DNA of 38,262 nucleotides from Candidatus Omnitrophota bacterium (GTDB lineage Bacteria; Omnitrophota; Gorgyraeia; Gygaellales; Profunditerraquicolaceae): NCBI GenBank assembly GCA_028715095.1, contig JAQUSM010000001.1, positions 1 to 38,262 of the forward strand, read 5' to 3'. Shown piece by piece: positions 10,501 to 22,500 of this stretch (position 1 is its first letter; each line of letters starts with the position of its first letter). The notes under the pieces were generated by a model. It saw only the letters and a program-made list of their open reading frames with translations, ran no database searches and was not told where the DNA came from. The position numbers and the translations under genes were made by a program.

Positions 10501-13500
10501 GGAGAATCAAATAATTCGGCGTTAAGATATCTTCGGGAGATGCTGGGAGACGATATTGTAGAAAAGTATCCCAAGACGACACAAGCTTTTATCCCGTTGA
10601 TACTAAGTATTTTCCAGAAATCCTCTCAAGTCAGCGCCATTAATTTCTTTGAAAGCGGTGCAGGAGGGACAAGCTGTGGGAATACGCGCAGGTCTTTAAG
10701 CGGGACTATCCCTTTGACTAAAATGCTCGTTTACGTTTACCAGTTGAATGCCGTTATGGAAGAGGCATATTTAAAAACTAATAAAAGTCCTGGAGAATTG
10801 GTGGAGGCGTTAATAAATCTGGGGTTTGGGCCACCGTTATATAATTCTGTTGAAACAATCAGTTACGCGCTTGAACTTTTGCTGGCGCAATGGGAGAAGG
10901 ATGGATTTACTGAAAACGCCTTTATGTTTTTCACCATGGGTTTAGAGCAGGCGTTAGAAAGTACATCTTCTGCGCCTTACAGGCAATATATACGCAGGCC
11001 CGCTGGCCTTAAAGATAAGAATTGGTTTGCGGGCGTAACGGATGATTTTTCCACTATCGATAATAATTTGACGAAAGAAGGTTGGCTTTATTTTATAACG
11101 CATGAAAAAGATTTTTCAGAATTTATTGGCATATTAACCGGAAACGGTTATAGATTCTCACGGTTTGACATAAAAGAATTATTAATGTTGAGCAAAAAAG
11201 AAGGGATGAAAGATTTTATCGCTGATTTGGGGGCGTATGGTTATAAGTTCAAAAAAGAACATACTTCTGCTTTGTTGGAGATGTTTGGCCGCCGGGAAGA
11301 AATTATCAAAAAGATAAAAGAGATGAAGGTGATCCGGCCGGAGTACACCTATTACATTTTTGAGGATGGGTCAAAATACCATTATGACCCGGAAGAGGTC
11401 CTTATCCACTCGCTGGTCAATTACGAAATAGGGTTTTACGAAGATTTAAATAAGTTATTCGGAGTTTTAAACTCTGAGTTTGCTCCTTTTGCCGAAGATA
11501 TTAGGGTGGAATTATTTAAAGTATATTCGGATTTCTCCAAACCCGGCTATCAAAGTGTTATGCGTTACTTGTCCATGTCAAAAGAATCCCCCGCCCAAAA
11601 AATAAAATCCGTGAAAGAACTGGTAAAATTAGCCGGCTTTATTAACGGATTAGCAGAACCCGGCACCTCCAGCAAAAATGAAATAGGAGCAATCGTAAAG
11701 GCGCTCTTGTCAGTAGATACTTCATACAGGGAGGCCGGCATAAACTTTCTTATGTCAGACGAAAACAGCGTGTTGGCAACCGTAAAGATTGAGCTGTTAC
11801 GATATCTATTGACCCTTGGATTCCCGCAAGGCGTTCTCTTGGCCATAATAAATAGGGCAGAGAAGATTAATCGAACCATGCGTTTAGAGTTTTATAGAGG
11901 CATAAATAATATCCTAAGGACCAAAAGCATGCTGGAAATAGATAGCGTTGCCGATTGGAATACGATGTTAAACGATTATATTTCCAGGTTTGGCTTCTTG
12001 ACCGAAAGGAATTTAATACTTTTACACAGGTATTTATTTAATGAAATGCCGTTGGAAGATGCGCGTATACAGCAATTTTTACCGGAGGGGATAGATGCCG
12101 CCGTTTATTTGTTATCTGAAAATGATTCCTGGTTTATCAGTACGGCCTTAAGGCTGGCTTTGGCATCGGTGCATGCGCTTGAAAAAATGCGTATACCCGC
12201 GAAAGGTATACGCGACTGGCTGTCTAAAACCCGGTTATTTACAGAAAGAAAAGGAGTCCTTACTTCCACGGGCGTAAAAGGCATAGAGGAGATAGAAAAT
12301 ATTTTTAAAGGCGCCTGGCTCAGGTTATTAGAAGAGGAAACACTCGATACAAAAACGTTAAGCTTGCCTATTCTAGACGCGTTACTCGGAGGAAAATTAG
12401 GATTTTATACTTCTCAATGGGGGCATGGCTCTTCCAGGGGTATGAAGCTAAGGGATTTTACCTTTGCGTTTAATAACCTTAAAAGGCGCGGGATGATTCC
12501 TGAATTAAGCCCTGTATTTGCCCAAAGCGGGAAATTCACTGTCCGTAAAAGAGGCAGGATCGAATTTACATCAGACGAACAAAATAAATTTTCAGAATTT
12601 TCGCTGTTGATTAAGGAAGCTGCTGGATTATCCGCAGAGCCCATCGATAAGCAGGTGCAGCAATTTAAGCTTAAAGCCGTAGAAATAGTTGAGGCTAAAC
12701 TGCAAGAATTAAATAGCAAAGTTGATACTAGCGAAGGAAAAGCCAAAGAAGCCATGGTAAGGCAAATTGATAAGCTTGACAATGTTTTAATATCCATTAA
12801 TTCTGCCAAATACGATAATTTGATAGGTCTGGCGGAAGAATTGGTCAGCGTCAAAGAATTAAGCAATATTGTGGAGCTTGTATTGCTTACCTATTCATTA
12901 GGCGGCCAGCGAGAAAGCATTTTATTAAAAAATATTATGGAAGCGGTGAATGGCGACATATCTGAAATAGCTTTGCGCAGGATAATAGAATTAAAAACGC
13001 ACACCATAAAGGACCATACTCTTGCCGCTGTCGAAAAAAACACTAAGGCTTATCTTCTGAAGACTATAAATATCGCAATATTTCAGAAGGCATTGGCTAG
13101 GGTGGAGGCGATTTCCGGAGACAATATTGAGGTTAAGGCTTTTGCGACAAAAGGTATTTTGGGCGAATTAGCAGGAGATATCGGGGATGCCTGTTATACG
13201 GGCCAGTCCAATATTATGGCAAGGATAAGCCCCAGCCAGATAACGGCAGTTATATTCTCTGCCGGAAACGGCCTTAATACGGAACTCATCGGTTCAATGC
13301 TTATACTCGAAAATACGATTAATGGCAAACCGGCATTTATATTAAGGGCGGTTAATCCTTCCGAATCGTTCCTTTCCAGGTATGACGCAGAAGATTTCTT
13401 AAAAGGAGCGATAAAATATATTGAAGAAAGGGTTGGGGGTAAAACGGAATTTGTAGTCGCGCCCACTGGCAATACGGGGGCCCTGTCAAACAGGAATGAA

Positions 13501-16500
13501 ATAAATACGGCATTTAAAAAGTTTACCGATAATGAAAAGTTGGATTTAGACAAAGAAGAAACATTTAACGGTTACAATATCACCAAAGGCATAGTATCCA
13601 AAGTATCTTCCAGCCCGTTATCCGGCGCGAAGGATATATCTTTCGCAGACGACGATACTCTCATTGGCGAATCAGATGAGCTTCCTAATAGTTTGTCGGT
13701 TGCATCTTCTACGGTTGATCAAAGCAAGGAAAACAACATTGATTTATCCAGAAGGAAAGGAATTATAATTTCTTTAGCTACGGTTTTGTCGTTGAAAATA
13801 CTAGGGCCATCGAAGGCTTTGGCGCAACTCTTGAATTCAGATGAAATGTTTTATTTGCACTTAGCGGGCAGTGATCCTAAAAAAACCGTATTAGACTTCA
13901 AAAAATATGAGGGCCAGACTTTTGCGAAAAATGTTTTAAAGGCGGCCATAAATAAAAATGCGGATGTGGTATTAGAGCATGCGGAGGTTTTTATTAATGA
14001 GACTTATGCGCAGGAACTATTTGAGCTCGCAACCCAAACCTGGCCACAATCTGTATTACGCCACGCATACCAGATTATTAAGCAGCCATACGCACAGAAG
14101 ATTATTGAAGCCGCGGCCAGTAAGTACCCGATGGGGGCCTTAGAATACTCCTTTAATTACGCAAAGCAGTCTTACGCTGAAGAAATAATTGCAGCCGCAG
14201 CCAAAAGTGAACCTGTTGCAGCGTTGAAATTCGCGAAAGCTTACATAGAAGAGCCATACGCGAAGGGCATACTCGAGGGAGCAGCTAAGAAAAACTACCT
14301 GGCTACTTTGGAATATTCCAAGAATTATTTTAACAAACAGTATATGCGGCCGATTATAGAGCAGTGTGTCAGAAGGAGCGCTTGGGGCGCTTTGAGATTT
14401 GCCTCCGGCTATTTGGATATGCCTGGCGCCAGGGCATTAATTGAAGGAGCGGCAGAATTAAGGCCGGATACGGCTATGCGTTATTCATTTGAGTATATGG
14501 CAGCGCCGTATGCAAAAGATATTATTATAAAGTCGGCGTTACAAGAGCCGGCGGCAGCAATAATAGAGACGAGAGGGGTTGGGTGGGTATTGGAAGAAAA
14601 GAGAAAAGATGTTCCGGAGATAGATATTATTTTAAGGATAGCAGCAAGTGAATATCGTGGTAAACAAGAAAGAATAGGGGCACTGCTTGATATGATTATG
14701 GATGATATTGGCAGCGGCATTGATGCAGACAGGGCAATGTATAAAGCAAGTAAGATAAGCGAAAATGACAATGAATTCTTTAAGGAGCTTATGAGGATAA
14801 AGTCCAAAAAGTCACCCAGGGGGGCAGCAAGCGTTGACCGGTTTTTAAAACGCCTATCTTTGATTTTGATAAGAGATATGAATGATATGCATGATTTAAC
14901 AGCGGAAAGAAGATTCAGAGCGTTGAACGATTATGACGCGGGTATGCTTTATACTATGATAGTTTACGGAGAAGACGAGGTTTATACATCTACCTTCAAC
15001 GGAATCTTTAATATACTCGTTAAAAAGATGAAAGAAAATAATATTTCCGGAGAAAAGTTATTAGAAATGGTCGGTAAAAATAAATTCCGGGTGTTTATAA
15101 AGCTAACCGCGGCATTTAAACGCCTGAATGAATTTTGGGATATTTTGGAGGTAAAGAGTAAAAAAGATGAGCTGATAAAAGAATTTGTCCAGGGTTTAGC
15201 CGGGATAAGAATTGACAACGAGCGATTATCCCAGACAATAGCGGTAGCGGATACGTTTAGCGTGATTAACGGCGGGTATCAACAGGTTATTTTACGCGAA
15301 GCAATCGATGAATATAAGAAAATGGAAACCGCAGGCAATAAAGAAGGAGTGAGGGTTTACGGGATTTTAATAGGTATTTTCGGCAGTCAGCTGTCCATAG
15401 AAGAGCCGTGGTTTCAGAAGATGTATCAGGATTATCCTGTTCCTGACTTAACGGCGATTGACGGGTCGCAGCTATTCGATCCTAACGGCGCGCAGGTTAA
15501 TACGCAGGTGCATTTCTTTTATAATGACCCTGACGGCAAGAATTCTTTTGATAATTTTAAAAAACTATTTAAGAAAAACGAAATTAAAGAATCCCCGGAC
15601 AAGAGTTTTATTGTTATCACAAAGCAAAGGGCGGACAAAAAAATCATAATATACGCCAATAATCCCTATACAGACGCTGTCAAGGGGCAGATGCAGGTTG
15701 ATAAGGCATTGAAAGAACGGGGAATAGAGCCTCAAGTAGTTGTGCATCGAGGACATAGTTTTCATCTTGGAGATACGATAGAAAGGATAACGGCTAAAGC
15801 CAAGATAGTTTTTCTGGGGGCGTGCGGTGGCTACAACTATATCGTTGATGTGCTGGAGAGGGCGCCATTAGCGCATATTGTTTCAACAAAAGGGACAGGT
15901 AAAAACGACGTTAACAACCCTCTCCTTGATATGTTAAATAATGAGCTTCTTTCGGGAAAAGGCATTCAGTGGGAGGGTTTTTGGCAAAAAGCAAAAAAGA
16001 GGCTGGGTGAATCCAAGGATTTTTCGGATTACGTGCCGCCGCACCGGAATCTGGGCGTATTATTTCTTAAGACATACTATAATGTCACGGAGAATGTTTC
16101 TAAAACAATACCGCATACGGGAAATCAAGGCTTTCTCCGGGAAATTATCGATAGCCTGACCCCGGAAGTAATTTTACCAATAACAGTATTCAATATGGCA
16201 ATCAATAAAATAACCGGCCGCGACCCAATGGACAGAAGGGAATTTCTGGGCTTAGGGAGGAAGACGGAGCAGCTAGGATCCGCTGACTCATCTCTTTCCA
16301 GAGAAGAAATCCAAATGAAGTGGGAGAATTTTATAAATACGGCATATTTTTATCATGGGACATCCTCTTTGTTTAAAAATAGCATCATTGAGAATGGTTT
16401 AGACGCTTCTTTAAAACCTTTTGATAGGAAAGAAATTCTGGACTTCTTTAATATATATTACAAAAAATTCTCCGGAATGAATGATTCACCGAAGAATGAA

Positions 16501-19500
16501 GGAAATATAGATAAGATTTTCTTAACAACTAACCAGAAAACAGCAGAAATTTACGCAGAGAATCCGCCAGAGGTAATAAATATACTACTAAGAGCATGTG
16601 GGGAAATGGAAGAAGCATATGAACAAAAAACCGAGGCTGGGAAAAAGCTAAACAGCGATGATTTAGAATTTATTAAAAATATGTTCGACAAATACAACCA
16701 TTATAAGGAAAACCACCGGCCTTTGGTTATGAAAATAAAGATTAAAGCGGCAATCGAGGCGGCATTGCGGTACAGACTATCAGTGTTAGGTGATGAGGAA
16801 TTAAAGAAATATGGGCTAGCTGATTCAGAGAGAAATCTGGGAGGGATTTTGGCTGCAAAGACTAAAGGTAAGCTTGCGCCGGAGCAATTGTTAAACATAG
16901 ATGGTTTGTTTTCCGCGTTAGATTTCGATGTTTTTATGGCTTACTCCCAAAATGTTAAAGGGATGTTTAAACAGAACTGGGATGATTTCTTGTCGCAAAC
17001 TTTTCCTCGTTTAATTTCCGGGCCCACAGATGAAATAGCTATACAGCAAGTTGCCTCAAAAGAAATAGAAGCGGTGGCTGGGTCTTCATTGCAAAATCCT
17101 CTACCCGCAGCCCCGGCATCCGCGTTACAGGGGGGCCAGGAAAATAAAAACGGAATGAATCGTAGGACGTTCTTAGGTATCCTTGGTCTTGGCGGGCTTG
17201 CTGTGCTTCTTGGCTTGTCTGATTCGGGTAACGCGGGAGAGCCGTTGCGGGAGGATGCCCAACCCGAAGAAGGCGTGCAAAAACAGGTCGACTGGGACAA
17301 GGCAAGAGGATTTATTGCTGATAAGCTTGCTGAGAAATACCCTGAGAAGAAGCAGGCCCAAGACATTAAGAATGTTTTCGGTGGATATGAAAAAGATAAA
17401 AGCAAGGCCTACCGGGAGATAAGTAAGCTGTTAAACAGCATGGCGAAAGAAATGGATAAGGAGCAGAGAATCGGCTCGAACAGCAACGGCTGGTTCACCA
17501 TGTATTTTATTTATATTGATGGTCTTTATGAAAATTTCGGGCAAAAAATCATCTTTCCTTTTGGCAAAAAATTCGCTTTCCTCGATTCAAGTAATAACCA
17601 AGGCACCCGGAAAATAATGGAGGACATGCTGGAGGAAGAGGCTTCTACCGCAAAGAAATGGCTGGGTAGAATCGGCGGTATTTTTGCGGCAGCAGGCACA
17701 GGAGCCCTTATATACAATAATATAATCAAGCCTTGGTTCGCCAGGAGGTTTGCGCGCGCGCTTAAGGAAGAGTTGGGGGCAATAAACAGTATTACTTTTA
17801 ATGACGACGGGTTCACGCTGCGTACCCGTTCCTCAAGAATTGAAATAGATTTTTCCGCTAAAAGCATAAAGATTTTCAGTACCAGCGGCGGCAAGGAGAA
17901 AATGGCGCATAAGCGGCAAGATTCCAGGCGATATTATGACTATTATGGCTTCAGTATTGAATCAGCCGCCTGGGATTATATTATTGCCGGGCAGGATAAA
18001 GAAATGCTGTTAAATTATATCCCGATTAAATTAAGGGACAATGAGTATTATGGGTATATGTCCACCAGGTTAAAAATGGAATCTTTGCTGAAAGGCATAG
18101 TCGCGACAATCAGGGATTTTAACGAATATAGTTTTCAGGATTTATTACGGATAGTGGAATTATTGGAAAAAGAAGAACGCGTTAGCCAGCAGGCTCTGGT
18201 TAGGTGGCTGATTGAGGCGAAGAAACGGGGGCAGGCTTTGCGTTCGGCGCTTGATAAGCTGCAGGATCTGCTGAAGTTACTCGATGGGCAGCCGCAGGAA
18301 GCGGTGGATGCGGGAATGAACCTGCTCATTACAAAGCCATACCTGGACACGCCCCATTTGCGCGTTTGGCTGGAAGATGCCGTATCCCGCGGGCAAGATA
18401 AAGCAAAACTTGTCAGCGACCTGAATGATTATTATTCCATAACAAGGGCGTTGTTAAGGTTAGGGGATTATGAGAATGAAACGGCGCAAACGATACATTT
18501 AATTTTAAGGGATAATCCTGAAATCAAGAGGCACAATTTGTTAAGTTGGCTTCGGGACGCCAAACAAGGCGGCAAAGACGGAAAAGAATTCTTATCGGGA
18601 TTGAAAAGGTTGGTTTTAATCAATAAAAGATTTATTGAAGACAGGGAAGCCCATTGGCCGCGTTCCGGCTACGCGGATGATTATAAACGGCTCGAAGATG
18701 TCCTTTTATCGCAAAGCGGGAAGCTGCTTTTGACATTAGGCGGCATATATGATGCCGGGTATCTTAATAGCCTGCTTCAGTTATATATAGGCGGGTATCT
18801 TTCGGCGTCATTGTGGGGGAAAGAGTACCAGCATTTTAAAGAAATAGAAAACATTCTTGAGGAAAACATTAATCTTATCGATGCCGCAAACTTGCTTGAA
18901 CTTAAGAAGAAGGAAATAAGCGGCAATAATAAGTTGGAGGCCTTAATTTTAGCCAAGGCTTCGGTCGATCCGTCATTTGTGGGTTCTATTGCGGAAAACA
19001 TAAAAAAGGAAACAAGTCCGCAAGTTAACAAAAATTTAATTAATTTGTTATTCAGCTTTGAAGGCGCGGAGGAAACTATACGCGATATATTAATGGGTAT
19101 TAATCCTGAAGACGCGGCTCAGAAGCATATAAGAAATGAATATAGCTGGCAATGGCAGCTGCTGGAAGAGTGGCCGGATAATGAAAAAAGTATAGCCAGG
19201 ATTATGAAAAAATACCCTGAATTACTCTCAAAAGTGCTCGCTATAGCCAAACCTTTGGTGCCATCTTATAAAGGTAATCCGCCATACTACAAAAGGCATT
19301 TTCCGCTTATTATATCCGCCGCGTTAAGCAATATACGGGAATTGAGCGTGTCTGCGGATGAATTCAGGGATTTATTAGAAATGCTCAATAATTGGCAGTG
19401 TCGTCCGGATTGTTTAAAGGCGATAAGCTATGCTGTGTTAAACAACCCCGCTCTTTATCAGGAGTTACTCGCGGAAGAAAATATTTTTGACGCTGAGTAT

Positions 19501-22500
19501 TTACTGGGCGTAAAGATGCTTCCTGTATGGCTACGCATGAAGCTGCAAAGGCAGTTCCTTGAGCACTTCAAGTATGCTTTTAGTCAATTGCGGCCGGATC
19601 AATCTTCCACGATACTGGCAGCTATGATCAGGAATATGGTTCTTAATGGGCGCGTAGAGGCAAGAGACCTTGACCTTTTAACCACGCTATCCGAACGCAG
19701 CGAGGCCGTGAACACGGTGTTTTTCTGTAGAGAATTGCGAAAAATTGGCTATGAAATCGACAAATCCGATTATTTCACTTATGGAGATTTTCGCTTTATT
19801 CATAAATTAGCACAGCAACCCGGCATAACGGCTTTTTTGCGTAAGTTAAGAAGCTACGGTTTTATCCTGCGCGATGATTTTGGCGCTAAGATCGGGATGC
19901 TAAGGAGCATATTTGAGAATAGGGCGGAGTATTTTCCAAAAATCGAAGCGATACGCTCTGTGCTGCCGGATTTTAAATACCGGCCTCTACTTGAAGATCT
20001 TAGCCCGGCTTCGGTGTTAATTTCTTTCTTGGAGAAATATCCCAGCAGGGCAGTTAGTATGATGAGTAACCTGGAAGGTGTGCTCGCGGCAGTTAACCCG
20101 GAAGCTGTTCCTTACGCGGAAAAAATCAGGGAAGTTTGCGCGACTTTAAATTATCCGGCTTTTCTTGTAAACAGTTTTCTTAACGGTTCGCTTAATGAAT
20201 TATTGCAAAAATTCACAGGAACGGATGATTTCCTGCGCTTTATGTTGACTGAAAACATTCCCGAAGCGGATTTTAAGAAGGAATTTATCTTGTTTTTAGC
20301 AGGCTACACACGTGCCACTCAAAGCCAATTTGACATTTTGATAGAAACATTCCGCTCTACCCTTAATAACCCCCAGCAGTCTGCGCAGATCGCCGATATT
20401 ATAGGGAGCTGGTTTTCCAGCGCTGATACTACTTTTTCTCTGCCGCGGGATGTCAGCACGGCAATGAAAAACATCTCCTCCGGCAATATGGATAACAGCG
20501 ATCTAATGCACGTACTTGCCAATTACCTTGCCATAAGCAAGGCTTTACAGCAGGAGGGGATGCAACGCAGCATTGCTTATAAAGATGTTTTGGAGTTGAT
20601 AAAGAAACGGTCAAACGGCGCCACCGTGTTTGAGGATATCCCCGAAGAGCACACGCGTAATATAGAAGGGCTGGTGTATGAGGCGATTATTATTTGGAAT
20701 AAGCTTTTGGAAATAGAGCGCGCCGGAAAAAAACAGATAGTAGTCGCGAACTTGTCTTACGGAGGAGTGGCGGTTACTCCGATCACCGAAGAAAGAAACA
20801 ACCAGGCGTATATCGTAGCCACGCAGATACCCGTATGGTATACAAAAGTCGGCTCTACTCCCGCGCACAATAATGAATACGTGCTGGTCCCTGGTTTATT
20901 CACCCCTAACCAGATAAAGTTTTTGATTGAAGAAAAGCCTTATGTTTCGGTGGTTGACGGCAGCACGTCCGTAGCCGCATCCGACAGGAGTTCTCCGCAT
21001 ATCCCGGATGCCTTTAAGGGTTACCGTAACTATTTTATTGTTTTAAACCACGCGCTTGGCGAAACATTCGACCCGAAAGACTTTGACGTGGATGAGGAAT
21101 TCGTGAATGGATTATTGGCTACCGCGGAAGCCCAGGAGCTCATTAAAAAGATACAAATCCTGGCAATTAAGCCCCGCGCTCCCAATGGCTATAAATTCGG
21201 CTTTTCCTATGAGCGCAAAGCGGATTCAGAAAAAAGCGAATTCTTGTATTTACGCGAAAGCAAAAAAGAAGCCGCAGAAGCCAAGAAACTGAATATCAAT
21301 GAGGCCCTCAAACAAAATAATCCCTTCTGTATATTCCACCAGTCTGGAGTCCATCCTAATGATGTTGATAGCGAATTGATGCCTGAAAAATACCAGCCGT
21401 GTTTTTTTGATGATAAGGACCATTTTAAACAATTTTATCTTGATTACGAAGACGGCTACGGCGTTGTGCTTTCCAAGCGTTACGCCTACGCGGCAAGGGA
21501 GTTATTCAGGAGATTCATGCTGCAAAAAGGCGTGGATGTTATGTCCGGCCGTTTTACTACCGATTCCATCCGCCCGATAGATACGTTAGTCCTGGATTTG
21601 GACGGTACGCTTACTGAAGCCGTAGGAGGAAATATAGAAAACGGAACAGCAAATATCATTAATTACCTGTTAAAGAAAGGCGTAAGAATAATTATTATCA
21701 CGGATGACGTTAAGGCGAATGTTGAAAAAAGGATCGCGAAATTAGACAAATCCCCCAATCTGGTTGTTTTTACCGACGGCGGGGCAAGGGCGGATGGAGG
21801 CGTATTTGAGCAATACAACGCAAAAAACATAATCAGCCCTGATTTAAGAGAGAAGATTTTAAATATGGCCCGGGCGAACTTCCCGTTCGGCGCATGGAAA
21901 GAGGGGGAGAACGATTCTCCCTACCGGATTCAAATAACGGATATACAGGAGAGGACAAATTTTATTGAGCGTTTTCAGGATTTACTTGATAAAGAAGGTA
22001 TTGAGGCCAAAGTATACAAAGTCGGAAAGAATTCAGCCCGCGTTACCCTTGCCCACAAAGAAGTGGCCTTCACGGAAGCTATCAAAACCTTTAATCTTGA
22101 TGTGTCCAAATCGCTGATTATCGCGGATTCAGCCAGGTCTTACCGTATTGACCGCAAACTCTTAACTGATTTTCCCGAAAGCGTAAGCGTTAATATCGGC
22201 AAGTTTTCGCCCAGTATTGAAAAAGATAACCAGAGAATCGTTCAATATGCCGGCCAAGGTACCGCTGCTACAAAGATGCTTTTATCCAGCGTGGCGTTCA
22301 GAGGCGGGCTGCCGCAACGCCTGCTGATATCTTTCGTGCAAAGCCAGCCTTTGGAATATGCTGAGGCTGCCAGTTCACTTACCAATGCTGTCGAATCCGC
22401 CGGTTCGGCGCTGGAGGAGGTAAATCCTCAAAAGATCTCGGCGGCGCTGGGAAAAATGGAAAAGCAGGCTGTTGGCGAAAGAGAAATATACGGTTTAGCC

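Noticed and set aside
12414-12866. Minus-strand shadow ORFs of roughly 85-155 aa (12414..12866, 5232..5678, 25092..25526, 28404..28661, 28868..29335, 29509..29955, 31194..31586)
   Set aside because: Each is antisense to a CDS with strong family motifs (giant ORF, glmS, pyrR, pyrB/pyrC, endoQ-like). They are low in complexity and carry no independent signals.
15458-16159. Small + strand out-of-frame ORFs nested in the giant gene (15458..15649, 15941..16159, also 21107..21292)
   Set aside because: They encode 60-70 codons of Arg/Lys-rich sequence produced by frame-shifted reading of AAG/AAA-rich coding DNA. They have no Shine-Dalgarno and no motifs.
16941-17405. Cluster of overlapping ORFs: minus strand 154, 88 and 62 aa, plus a + strand 79-aa ORF at 17183..17422
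   Set aside because: All lie inside or antisense to the giant ORF at its locally GC-richer junction region (Pro/Ala/Gly linker and Tat-like segment). Higher GC lowers stop-codon frequency in all frames. They have no start context or motifs.
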